Assembly: GCF_014779595.1 (NCBI RefSeq)
Contig: NZ_JACXZT010000009.1
Coordinates: forward strand, 3,378 to 67,377
Reading direction: 5' to 3'
DNA length: 64,000 bases
DNA from: Halomonas sp. ML-15
GTDB lineage: Bacteria > Pseudomonadota > Gammaproteobacteria > Pseudomonadales > Halomonadaceae
The position numbers were made by a program, and so were the translations under genes. Shown here piece by piece: positions 1-9,045 of the stretch. Numbering within the stretch: position 1 is the first letter of the stretch; every line of letters starts with the position of its first letter. The notes under the pieces were generated by a model. It did no database searches, was not told where the DNA came from, and saw only the letters and a program-made list of their open reading frames with translations.

Positions 1-43
1 GCCTAATGCTAAATATGAAGAAGGAAAAATTGATATACCATAA
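1..43 (+). CDS. 3' end of an upstream paralogous membrane-protein gene (…PNAKYEEGKIDIP*), same C-terminal type as ORF 1971-2705
   Basis: Frame 2 reads PNAKYEEGKIDIP-stop. Near-identical nt to 2662-2705. Confidence 0.5.
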   Translation, partial: PNAKYEEGKIDIP

Positions 44-226
44 ATCTCGGCTTTTTGTGAACCAATGGCATTATATTTTGAGGCGAAGGGGCTGATGTAA
101 AAAATAGTAATAAGGCCCCGTTCAAGCGCGTGATGAGCCTGCTGTAAATCCTGCATCAGACCTCGGCTAAGCCCACGAGAGCAGTGCGGAAGTGGTGATA
201 TAACCCGAACGTATCAGGGCTACTGG

Positions 227-631
227 GTGAAAATCGCCTTTCCCGCCTTGCTGGCGGGTGAAACCGTCAAGCTATCCGAAAATGCCCGAGGCGGGTTCTG
301 GGCACCTGCCAGCAGTTATGAACAAAGCCCCACTCAACAAGGTGAACGGGGGGCCGTGCTACCCGCTGACGCTGGCTATGACACTGACGATGTACGAGTA
401 TGGCAAACCTGGATTCCCGCCAGTGAGCAAGCCGAGCGCGAGCCGTTTGTACTGACAGTGAATTATGCAGAGACAATGCTCGCATCATCAGAAAGCAGTT
501 TGGGCTTTACCTTTTATAAGCCGAATGCCGCCCGAGGCAAGAAAGAGATCGAGCCTAATAGCGCAGAAGGGCAAGGCATCAGCCTGCCCGCCCGCTTTGA
601 AATCACGGTACCCATGAGTTTAGAAGAGTAA
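227..631 (+). CDS. Leader-module small ORF (134 aa), unknown function; intact only in this copy
   Basis: ORF with conserved core FPALLAGETVKLSENARGGFWAPASSYEQSPTQQGERG. Alternative overlapping frames exist, so coding status is uncertain. Confidence 0.35.
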   Translation: MKIAFPALLAGETVKLSENARGGFWAPASSYEQSPTQQGERGAVLPADAGYDTDDVRVWQTWIPASEQAEREPFVLTVNYAETMLASSESSLGFTFYKPNAARGKKEIEPNSAEGQGISLPARFEITVPMSLEE

Positions 632-641
632 GGATATTGAT

Positions 642-1367
642 ATGTGGTTTGTACAACCCAAACAGGACCATATCTCTCAGATACCATGGATACATGCGGA
701 TGAGACTGCCATTATGAGCTGGCAGATTAGGGCGCGTAATTATAATGTCTTTGTGGCCAATATTTTGTTTTGCGTGCTTTTTGTAGTGTGTTTGATTTCA
801 GCCTATTTGTCTTCCTTCGTAGGAGTGAGCTTGCTATCTAAAGCTTTTGTTGGAGGAGGGATGTTTGTTTTTTTAATATTGATTGCTATGAGCATGACCC
901 ACCAGACCTCCATTCTTGTCTACCGCTTTACAGATCAATATGCAGAGGAATGTACTTGGAAGCCACAGATGGAGGCTGTGAAACCATTTTTAAAATGGTC
1001 GGCTATTATCTCGATGCCAATTGTTCTGGTGCTGATTCTCATGGATCCGTCACTGCTCATTACCAGCCTGGGGCCGCTGGCAATGGGCATCGCGGCTTGG
1101 ATGATGGGGACATCAAAAGGTTATCAAGAACTGCATGGAATGCAACACCACGACTACGATTGGCGTAAAGCTGACAAAGTTTACCTTTATCCGGGAAGAG
1201 ATATCATTGGCTTGAATGTGCCTTGGTATCACCCTGAAATGGACGAGATGATACCGGAAGGTATCAAGGAGATTTATTGCAAAGAAGGTGAACGCGATAA
1301 GGTATTGAATTTTTTGACAAATAATCTCCCAGATATCGAGGTTGTAGAAGAAAAGTTTCATCTGTGA
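642..1367 (+). CDS. Multi-TM membrane protein, cassette family A paralog 1 (241 aa)
   Basis: Hydrophobic helices with GGG between TM1 and TM2. N-terminal 170 aa ~75% identical to 1971-2705. C-terminal ~70 aa unrelated. Confidence 0.7.
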   Translation: MWFVQPKQDHISQIPWIHADETAIMSWQIRARNYNVFVANILFCVLFVVCLISAYLSSFVGVSLLSKAFVGGGMFVFLILIAMSMTHQTSILVYRFTDQYAEECTWKPQMEAVKPFLKWSAIISMPIVLVLILMDPSLLITSLGPLAMGIAAWMMGTSKGYQELHGMQHHDYDWRKADKVYLYPGRDIIGLNVPWYHPEMDEMIPEGIKEIYCKEGERDKVLNFLTNNLPDIEVVEEKFHL

Positions 1368-1502
1368 CGGTGGGGTGTATACGTGATTAAGAGCGTGAGC
1401 TCGATTGTAAAGAGCAGAGCAGGGCTTCATGAATCATAAGGATAGCTATATCATCACAAGCGCCACTGATGTGGCGCTTGGCATGTGCCATGATGTTATT
1501 TT

Positions 1503-1960
1503 GTGACTGAATATATTATCGAGCAGTATAATAAAATAGAGCGCCAAGTCATTTGGTTACAAGTCGCCTTTCCCGCTTTGCTGGCGGGTGAAACCGTCAA
1601 GCTATCCGAAAATGCCCGAGGCGGGTTCTGGGCACCTGCCAGCAGTTATGAACAAAGCCCCACCCAACAAGGTGAACGGGGGCCGTGCTACCCGCTGACG
1701 CTGGCTATGACACTGACGATGTACGAGTATGGCAAGCCTGGATTCCCGCCAGTGAACAAGCTGAGCGCGAGCCGTTTGTACTGACAGTGAATTATGCAGA
1801 GACGCTGCTCGCATCATCAGAAAGCAGTTTGGGCTTTACCTTTTACAAGCCGAATGCCGCCCGAGGCAAAAAAGAGATCGAGCCCAATAGCGAAGAAGGC
1901 CAAGGCATCAGTCTGCCCGCTCGCTTTGAAATCACGGTACCGATGAGTTTAGAAGAGTAA
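1503..1960 (+). pseudogene. Leader-module copy 2, frameshifted at G-tract (G5 vs G6)
   Basis: ORFs 1503-1784 and 1685-1960 together equal 227-631 with a -1 frameshift at 1678-1682. Confidence 0.5.
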
Positions 1961-1970
1961 GGATATTGAT

Positions 1971-2705
1971 ATGTGGTTTGTACAACCCAAGCAGGACTAT
2001 ATTCCAGAGATTCCATGGTTGCATCCGGATGAGCCTGCCATCACAAGCTGGCAAATTAGGGCACGTAACTATGATACACGTGCAGCTAATGTTTTGTTCC
2101 TAGTTCTAGTGGTCGTTTATTTTTTCGGTGCCTATTTGTTTTCTTCTCTATTTGGAGAGTCATTGCTTTTTACTTTTTTGGTAGGAGGGGGGCTTTTTTT
2201 GTTAGCTAGCCTGATTGCCATGAGCATGACCCATCAGACATCTATCCTTGTTTACCGGTTTACGGAGAAAAATGCTGAAGTGTGCTCCTGGAAACCGCAA
2301 ATGGATTCGGTAAAACCATTTTTAAAATGGTCCGCCATTATTTTGATGCCAATTGTTCTGGTGCTGATTCTCATGGATCCCTCGTTGCTCATTACTAGCC
2401 TAGGGCCGCTGGCAATGGGCTTTGCGGCCTGGATGATGGGATCATCAAAAGGCTACCAGGAAATAGCCCGAGGAAGTCGACATGAAGAGATTGACTGGAC
2501 AAAAACGGAGCATATCAAGGTATGGCGAAAGCGAAGCATGATTGCTTTGACCTATCAGTGGAAGCCTTTCAAGCGTAATTCTAGCTACCGACCGAGAACA
2601 CATCTTCTCTACTGCCTTCCCGAAGAACTGGATGACCGCATTCAGTTCTTCAAGGAACACCTACCTGATGCTGAATATGAAGAAGGAAAAATTGATATAC
2701 CATAA
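1971..2705 (+). CDS. Multi-TM membrane protein, cassette family A paralog 2 (244 aa)
   Basis: Paralog of 642-1367. Its C-terminus matches the fragment at 1-43. Confidence 0.7.
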   Translation: MWFVQPKQDYIPEIPWLHPDEPAITSWQIRARNYDTRAANVLFLVLVVVYFFGAYLFSSLFGESLLFTFLVGGGLFLLASLIAMSMTHQTSILVYRFTEKNAEVCSWKPQMDSVKPFLKWSAIILMPIVLVLILMDPSLLITSLGPLAMGFAAWMMGSSKGYQEIARGSRHEEIDWTKTEHIKVWRKRSMIALTYQWKPFKRNSSYRPRTHLLYCLPEELDDRIQFFKEHLPDAEYEEGKIDIP

Positions 2706-2831
2706 AGCTTGACTTTTTGTGAACCATTATATTTTGAGGCGAAGGGGCTGATGTAAAAAAATAGTAATAAGGCCCCGTTCAAGCGCGTGATGACCCTGCT
2801 GTAAATCCTGCATCAGAGCTCGGTTAAGCCC

Positions 2832-3113
2832 ATGAGAGCATTGCGAAGGGGGATATCTCACGAACGAATCAGAGCTGCTGAGTACAAATCGCTTTTTCCC
2901 GCTTTGCTGGCAGGTGAAACCGTCAAGCTATCCGAAAATGCCCGAGGCGGGTTCTGGGCACCTGCCAGCAGTTATGAACAAAGCCCCACCCAACAAGGTG
3001 AGCGGGGGCCGTGCTACCCGCTGACGCTGGCTATGACACCCAACTCAGCCAATGGCGACTGGCATGAAATCGACGGTCGGGCCATCGTGGTCCCAGCCAC
3101 CAGTAACGACTGA
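2832..3113 (+). pseudogene. Leader-module copy 3, truncated and diverging after ERGPCYPLTLAMT; abuts the family B gene
   Basis: Conserved core present. G5 frame. Downstream sequence unrelated to copies 1 and 2. Confidence 0.35.
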
Positions 3114-3120
3114 GCATCTA

Positions 3121-4242
3121 ATGGCGAAACACACACACAGCGAATCGCTTCCCGAACCGACGCCGGGTCAACCTCACCGCGCCGGCGATATCGAGCGTAT
3201 CGGTACCAGCAAGGTGACCTATCTGGCGCCTTTGCCGCTGCCTACTGGCATGTCACCGGTGGATGTCAGTCAAGCCATCGGCGACCTGAACGATACCTGG
3301 CTCGACTATGGTGCCGGACCACCTAACGTTTTTGGTTACCAGTTGGCCTTATTGGGTCCCTTATCCATTGTTTTTTTCAGTCTTGTGCTGCTCCCCCTGC
3401 TACTAATTTCTAATATGGACTGGCAAGGGTATCGAATGTTGCTCGGCATAGCAGTTTTCGGAGGAGGGGGAATATCCATAATATCGTGGTGGACCATGCG
3501 GGACATGCACCGGGAGCGCTTGGGGGCTACCCCCATCCGCTTCCACCGCCAGCGCCGTGAGGTGTGCTTTATCGTCAAAGAGCGGCGCCTGGGCCATGAG
3601 GTCGAGGAGCCGGTCATCATTCCCTGGGAATCGCTGATGGCCTGGGCGGTGGAGGGGTATGGCGCGACCCAGTACGGCACCACGCGGCAGTATGGTCTGG
3701 GAATCGGCTATGCCCACCCCAAGACAGGCAAGTGGTTAAATACCGAGGGCCTGACGGCGGGCATGGCTCTCTCCCTCGGTGAGTGGGAAGTACTACGTGC
3801 TTATATGGAATATGAGCTGAATAGCCTCGATGAGGTGCAGGATCGTCTCGGTCTGCGGGCGCCTGGCGACCCGCCTCACCAGGGTGTGCATACCATTCGC
3901 AATGCCCGCCGTAAGCTCCACCAGAGCCTACGTGAACGTCCCTCGCTCTGGCGCTATCTCTACGCGATAGGGTGGTACTTTATCAACGCCATGACGTTGT
4001 GGACGCTGCCGGGTTATCTGGCGGAGCGGGAGCACCGGCTCATCCAGCAGCAGCGGCCGCAGCTCAAATTGCCCGAGGTGGAAGAGTGGTCGAAGCCCCT
4101 CCCCAAGGAGCAGTGGGCCAAGCCCAGCGAGGAGCTGGTCAGGCTCTCCGCAGAGGTACGGCGGATCCGAGAGTGCGACCCGCAGCGTCCTGTCGAAGAG
4201 GTGTTCGCTGAGGCGTATCGGAAGGAAGGGATCGAGGCCTGA
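3121..4242 (+). CDS. Membrane protein, cassette family B paralog 1 (~373 aa), unknown function
   Basis: N-terminus aligns with paralog 4279-5610 (LAPLPLP vs LSPLPLP). Shared RQRREV(C/A)F(I/V)V and EWSKPLPKxQWAKPS motifs. 2 TM helices with GGG linker. Confidence 0.7.
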   Translation: MAKHTHSESLPEPTPGQPHRAGDIERIGTSKVTYLAPLPLPTGMSPVDVSQAIGDLNDTWLDYGAGPPNVFGYQLALLGPLSIVFFSLVLLPLLLISNMDWQGYRMLLGIAVFGGGGISIISWWTMRDMHRERLGATPIRFHRQRREVCFIVKERRLGHEVEEPVIIPWESLMAWAVEGYGATQYGTTRQYGLGIGYAHPKTGKWLNTEGLTAGMALSLGEWEVLRAYMEYELNSLDEVQDRLGLRAPGDPPHQGVHTIRNARRKLHQSLRERPSLWRYLYAIGWYFINAMTLWTLPGYLAEREHRLIQQQRPQLKLPEVEEWSKPLPKEQWAKPSEELVRLSAEVRRIRECDPQRPVEEVFAEAYRKEGIEA

Positions 4243-4278
4243 TGGTGGTTGCACAGCTATAACGTGTAAGGACGCGCA

Positions 4279-5610
4279 ATGTTCAAGACCGCGCCCAAAA
4301 ATGCCCTGCCCCCGATGCGCGCCGGTGAGCGTGAAAGCCGCGCCGGGGGGGAGCAGTACTGCTTGAGCCCATTACCGCTACCCGTGGATAGCGAGCATGC
4401 AGTAGACGTGGGACATATTGATGTGCGCCATAAGGACGTCACAATGGATATCCGCCAGGGGGCCAGTCCCGAAAGCCTCATGACAGCAGGGCATATGTTA
4501 AGCATTGGGACGTGCGCTATTCTTGTGCTATTTCTTATTACATGGGGCGCTGTCGGCGGTTTCCCACCGGATTCACAGCTTATCTCGGTATGGGTGGGAG
4601 GGCTCTATTTCATTTTCCAGTTTGTCTTTATTCTAGGCATCGTCTGGATCAATACGCTGCTCAGGCGCCTCCCGCCTATTCGTCTTAACCGTCAGCGCCG
4701 CGAAGTGGCATTTGTGGTGGATCCACCTGGCCGCTTCTGGCTACCAGCGCCTCATAATCTCTGGTTAACGTCTACGGTGGGTATGGCTGCCGCAATACCT
4801 GGTGGTATGGTAATAATTGAAATTGGCGAATGGTTGCGCAGCGCCCGGGAGAGTTTTCCGCTGGGGCTGACACTACTCCATCTCGGCGCAATGGCTTTTT
4901 TCTTTGTTTATCCCCCGATCTACGATGCCTTCTGCCGCCTCTTCAAGCGCGAGCGCCGCACGGTGTTGGTGCCCTGGGAAGACGTGGTGGCGGTGTGTGG
5001 GTTTAACCCCAGCCTGGGGCCGGGCGCCATTACCGGCTTTGGCTGGAACTTTGCCCTGCTGCCACCCGATCCCGAGCGGCCGGGCTATACCCTGCCCGGG
5101 GCGGGGATTATGGTTGGCGTCGGCGGCCTGCCCGGCGCGCTGGCCCAGTGGGAGTACATCCGCCGCTTTATGGAAGAGGGCGCCGAGGCGATTACGCCCT
5201 CGGCCAAGGAGTGGGGCCTCGAGCGGTACGACGCCTATGTCGCTCGTGAAAAGGCGGCATGTGAGCGTACCAACGACAAGGCGCGCTGGCGGCGCTTTCG
5301 GCGCAAGCGCCTGTGGGAGCATGCCCGCTTCGCCCACTGGTACACCGAATATCGCATGAAGCACGTGCTGCCCAAGGCGGTTCCCAAGGACTGGCTGTCG
5401 GAGTGGTCCAAGCCGCTGCCCAAGGCACAGTGGGCTAAGCCCTCCGCCGCCGTCACCGAATTGAGCGAGCACCTGCGCGCCGCCTACCAGCGTGGCGAGA
5501 AATTTACCGACATGGGCGATATCGAGAAGCGCTTTGGGATCGCGCCCCCGGCGGCCAGCCAGAGGGCCTATCCGTCGTTTCCGTTTAGAGCTAAGGCTCA
5601 ACCCGCATGA
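4279..5610 (+). CDS. Membrane protein, cassette family B paralog 2 (443 aa)
   Basis: AAGGA RBS upstream. Paralog of 3121-4242. Proline/glycine-rich insert. Confidence 0.7.
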   Translation: MFKTAPKNALPPMRAGERESRAGGEQYCLSPLPLPVDSEHAVDVGHIDVRHKDVTMDIRQGASPESLMTAGHMLSIGTCAILVLFLITWGAVGGFPPDSQLISVWVGGLYFIFQFVFILGIVWINTLLRRLPPIRLNRQRREVAFVVDPPGRFWLPAPHNLWLTSTVGMAAAIPGGMVIIEIGEWLRSARESFPLGLTLLHLGAMAFFFVYPPIYDAFCRLFKRERRTVLVPWEDVVAVCGFNPSLGPGAITGFGWNFALLPPDPERPGYTLPGAGIMVGVGGLPGALAQWEYIRRFMEEGAEAITPSAKEWGLERYDAYVAREKAACERTNDKARWRRFRRKRLWEHARFAHWYTEYRMKHVLPKAVPKDWLSEWSKPLPKAQWAKPSAAVTELSEHLRAAYQRGEKFTDMGDIEKRFGIAPPAASQRAYPSFPFRAKAQPA

Positions 5611-5638
5611 GTAATAAGCTGGTAGATATAAGTGCGTC

Positions 5639-6097
5639 TTGATAATAGATAAGAAGGCTGAGGTCTGTTGGGCTCTGCCCTCATATAGAAGTAAAAACCA
5701 ATGGAATAGCAAGGATATATCAGTGAAGACATTCGATGTTTATGAACATTCTGTTCATGGTGCAAGGGCAGTCAAGCAGGGAATCAACTGGCCAGCCTTC
5801 TTCTTTTGTTGGATCTGGGCCATGGTGAAAAAGATGTGGGCTATTGGGTTTTTTCTGCTCGGCCTATTGGTGGTGTTCGTTGCCATTGAAGAGTTTTTCT
5901 TATACTACGCTAACATAGGGGGCGTATACCTCATGTGGGCAATGCAGCTGGCCGTGTTCCTATACGCTGGAGCGAAAGGGAATGACTGGCGTAGAGGTCA
6001 TCTTCGCAAGCGTGGCTTTCAGTACATTGGCAGCGTAGAAGCGGCGAACCAGGATGCTGCAGTAACCTCGGTAAAGCAAGCCGACTCGGCCTTATGA
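5639..6097 (+). CDS. DUF2628-like small membrane protein
   Basis: GINWPAFFFCWIWAMVKKMW motif, typical of the DUF2628 family. 2 TM helices. Confidence 0.55.
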   Translation: MIIDKKAEVCWALPSYRSKNQWNSKDISVKTFDVYEHSVHGARAVKQGINWPAFFFCWIWAMVKKMWAIGFFLLGLLVVFVAIEEFFLYYANIGGVYLMWAMQLAVFLYAGAKGNDWRRGHLRKRGFQYIGSVEAANQDAAVTSVKQADSAL

Positions 6098-6257
6098 AGC
6101 AGCAGTACATTAACCAACAGGTGATCAGCCCTGATCTCGGTAACGCCGATGATGATTACTTTGGGTGTGCCAAGATATATAGGATACTTGTCTAGGGCGG
6201 AAGAGCGTCGAGACAATCAATGTCAGGAACCATATATACAGTAAAGGGGTATAGAGT

Positions 6258-6644
6258 GTGAGCAGTGAAGAAGAGAAGGCTGTACTGAAAGAATTGGATT
6301 TCGAGTGTCCCTCATGTGGTTCTTGCTTCTGCGAAGAGTCGCAGTGGGTCGCCAATCTTATAGAATTCAAGACAGCCACTTGCCCAGACTGTAGCAGCGA
6401 GCTGGCGATGGGCGAAGAAGATGAAAGTCGACTGGTGGAATTTATGAAAAAGAAGGAAAGATTTGGAAAGGCGATGTTTGTATTTATGCTGCCCTATATG
6501 ATTGGGGGGCTTGCTGTGTCTCTCTACTTCGGTGGTCTCGGGTTTATGCTCTATATGCCCGTCGGAATTGCAGGCTTCGCACTCCTGAAAGTGCTATTCG
6601 ATAACCAGTCCGACATGACCGTTCGCTTTAATCTGAGTGAGTAA
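6258..6644 (+). CDS. Zinc-ribbon (CxxC…CxxC) protein with C-terminal 2-TM anchor
   Basis: CPSCGSC…CPDC motifs. Hydrophobic C-terminus. GTG start with AAGGGG RBS. Confidence 0.5.
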   Translation: MSSEEEKAVLKELDFECPSCGSCFCEESQWVANLIEFKTATCPDCSSELAMGEEDESRLVEFMKKKERFGKAMFVFMLPYMIGGLAVSLYFGGLGFMLYMPVGIAGFALLKVLFDNQSDMTVRFNLSE

Positions 6645-6772
6645 CGTAATTTCCGCCGACCTGGTAGACGGCGGTTTCAATGACCCAGTGTAAGGAATGG
6701 TATGACGCATATGTGGCCAGTAAGAGGGCGCCGAGCGAGCGCACCAAGAGTTCGGCAAGACAGGGAGTTCGC

Positions 6773-9028
6773 ATGATCTGCAGGAAAGGCCTCATTTTTT
6801 CAATTGTGGTGACCATGACGATGGTTATGGGCTGCTCATCCGAGCCTGAGTCGGTTGCGTTTGCTCCTGAAAAAGGCGACACACGGAGCTACCAACTCTT
6901 CAGTGAGGGCAGGCTAGGCTCCGGGTCATCCAATACCGGTCGTGATCAGGTTGTAGGGTTTGGCTCGGTATTGCGCTATGAGGTACTGGATATTGGCCGA
7001 TCTCTGAATCTGGCGATTACTCCCAGGTATCTAGAACAAAGCGTGGACGGGAGACGAGAGTTCTCCACGATGGATCCTTCGGATACCCAGAATCCAGTGA
7101 TGCGGGAGCTCATGTCCGCGGGCTTTGAAGTCGACATCGACAGTGATTCTGGAGAAGTGCGCCGTTTTACCAGCCGTAACGAGGACCTCTGGCAGACATT
7201 ACAGGAGGATGGTCTAGCGCCATTGCTCGAGATTTTCGAGGAGCAGATGACCACCGGTATGGCAATGCCTGAGATTCCGCTGACCGAAGGCGAAGTGGTG
7301 ACAGTGTCGGGCTCTCATGGCGCTGCTGACTTGCAGATTACAGTGCATTCGGTGACGGATACCGAGCTCGTGACAACACTCCAGACCGATCATGAAGAGG
7401 TCAAGTTGGCAGGCACCATGGTGCTGGAGCGTGAAACCGGATGGCTTCGTCGTCTTGCCGTGGTGAGCGAAGTGAGTCAGGAAGATCACGAAGGGCATGG
7501 CACGGTACGCCAGGCACTGGTCATGCTGCCGGAGGATGAGCCGTCCTGGTTGGGGGCATGGCTTATTAATATGGCGCCGAGTGATCCAGATGATTATGTC
7601 GCTATTCAGCCCGGCCCATCGCCGGAGGAGTTCGATGGCGATGCATTGGTAGATGGGGATACTGTACTGACTGCGCCTGTGGGTACATGGGTACCTTTTT
7701 CCAGTGAGATCGTTCTGGAGATTGACCATGATCTACCTAAAGGGGCGTTCTCTGGGTATCTAGATTTTGCTGATTTACGGATTGAAAGCGAAGAGGGTGA
7801 GGTACTGGATGTAGGGTTACAACAAACCATGCGTTACGCCTTCTATCACCCCGATCGCAAGCGGCATACCACGCAGGCTTGGTATGTTCCCCTTGGTTGG
7901 GGCGACGAACTGGCACCGCTGGAGCGCGCGAAGCGTCTTACTGCAACGGGAGTAGCATACCGCCCGGTGGCGGCAGAAGCGCTGGATTTGCCGCTGGACA
8001 GTGATCAAAAGACAGAGGTGACATCTGGGGACATCCGTGCCGAGGCAATACCCACGGATAGTCCGAGGGAGTTTTTATTGCGCTTTCATAGTACGCCGGA
8101 TCACTGGTTCGGTGATCGTATCTACGGCATAAAAGATGCGATTACGCGGAGGATTCCGGAAGAGGACGCTCCAGACTGGCTGACATCCCACGAGGCTTGG
8201 ATGTTACAAGCGGTGGCGATAGGACGTTCGACAGCCAGCGACCTGCGTGTCGAGTTTGAAGAGGGCAAGACCCCTGACAGCTTGACCCTGTTCGCGCTCA
8301 GCGAAAGCGAAGCCGTTCCCGTCGACGGTCCTGTCCGTTTTGTCACCGAAGAGGCCCGCTACTCCGATATCGATCTGCCGCCCCCCTTTGACGTCACCCT
8401 TTACCCAGACGGGGATGAACCGCCTCAGGTTGGATTGGCTGACCTGGAATTACCCGATGCGGAGAACAACCGCGCGCTGTTTAGGCTCCCGGCGTCCTTG
8501 GCAGCCATGTGTGAACCAGTGGTGGTCGAGGCCCCGAAGATCAATAACCAGCCACTGGTGTGGCAGCACGTTGATGAGGACGACGCTGGTAACCGGCAGC
8601 AACTGCCCACTGAACAGAAATGGCAGCTGATTACCGAGGATGGCGTGCGCAAGCACTTTTATGACATTGAAGTAGAAAGCGAGCTCCGCTGTCGGGGAGA
8701 AGGAGAGTGGCAGACGGTAGACCTGGCGCTGGGTGACAAACCTTGGCTCGTGCGCCTGGACGAGCTCCCAGACGCTGTTGATCAAGAGCAGAGCATGAGT
8801 CGCTTCCTCCAGCGTTACCGCTTTGTCAGTGAACAGGGCGATGCGCTGGCACCGATGCCGAGAGAGAGGTACAGCGATGTCTCTCTGGCCACAGCTTCAA
8901 TTGCCGATTACCTCAATGAAGGTGATCGGCTGCGTCTGGCGGGAAGTGTCCAGCGAGTGGAGCGTTTCGAGGGCGATGGTCAACCCGACACACGCCGCTG
9001 GTCGCTACGCTACGCGCCGCTGCCATAA
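6773..9028 (+). CDS. Large acidic lipoprotein (~751 aa), unknown function
   Basis: Start at ATG 6773 (GGGAG RBS) gives signal peptide with lipobox VMGC. Long acidic ORF with no recognisable catalytic motif. Confidence 0.7.
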   Translation: MICRKGLIFSIVVTMTMVMGCSSEPESVAFAPEKGDTRSYQLFSEGRLGSGSSNTGRDQVVGFGSVLRYEVLDIGRSLNLAITPRYLEQSVDGRREFSTMDPSDTQNPVMRELMSAGFEVDIDSDSGEVRRFTSRNEDLWQTLQEDGLAPLLEIFEEQMTTGMAMPEIPLTEGEVVTVSGSHGAADLQITVHSVTDTELVTTLQTDHEEVKLAGTMVLERETGWLRRLAVVSEVSQEDHEGHGTVRQALVMLPEDEPSWLGAWLINMAPSDPDDYVAIQPGPSPEEFDGDALVDGDTVLTAPVGTWVPFSSEIVLEIDHDLPKGAFSGYLDFADLRIESEEGEVLDVGLQQTMRYAFYHPDRKRHTTQAWYVPLGWGDELAPLERAKRLTATGVAYRPVAAEALDLPLDSDQKTEVTSGDIRAEAIPTDSPREFLLRFHSTPDHWFGDRIYGIKDAITRRIPEEDAPDWLTSHEAWMLQAVAIGRSTASDLRVEFEEGKTPDSLTLFALSESEAVPVDGPVRFVTEEARYSDIDLPPPFDVTLYPDGDEPPQVGLADLELPDAENNRALFRLPASLAAMCEPVVVEAPKINNQPLVWQHVDEDDAGNRQQLPTEQKWQLITEDGVRKHFYDIEVESELRCRGEGEWQTVDLALGDKPWLVRLDELPDAVDQEQSMSRFLQRYRFVSEQGDALAPMPRERYSDVSLATASIADYLNEGDRLRLAGSVQRVERFEGDGQPDTRRWSLRYAPLP

Positions 9029-9045
9029 ACAGGGAGGTATGTTTC

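Larger units (their letters stand above)
1..3050 (+). repeat. Tandem ~1.33 kb cassette array: leader module plus membrane-protein gene, 2 full units plus a partial third, with shuffled variable segments
   Basis: Leader segment at 227-640, 1560-1960 and 2895-3050 is ~95% nt identical. Intergenic type a at 50-226 and 2710-2894. Period ~1333-1335 bp. Confidence 0.85.

Noticed and set aside
348-353. Phase-variable homopolymeric tract
   Set aside because: G5/G6 is shorter than tracts that slip at useful frequency (usually 8 or more). Kept only as a frameshift observation, not as a phase-variation claim.
227-3050. Leader module as a tRNA/tmRNA-derived att site of an integrative element
   Set aside because: No T-arm GGTTCGA(A/T)TCC or acceptor-stem structure. 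The module is followed by conserved coding sequence rather than island ends.
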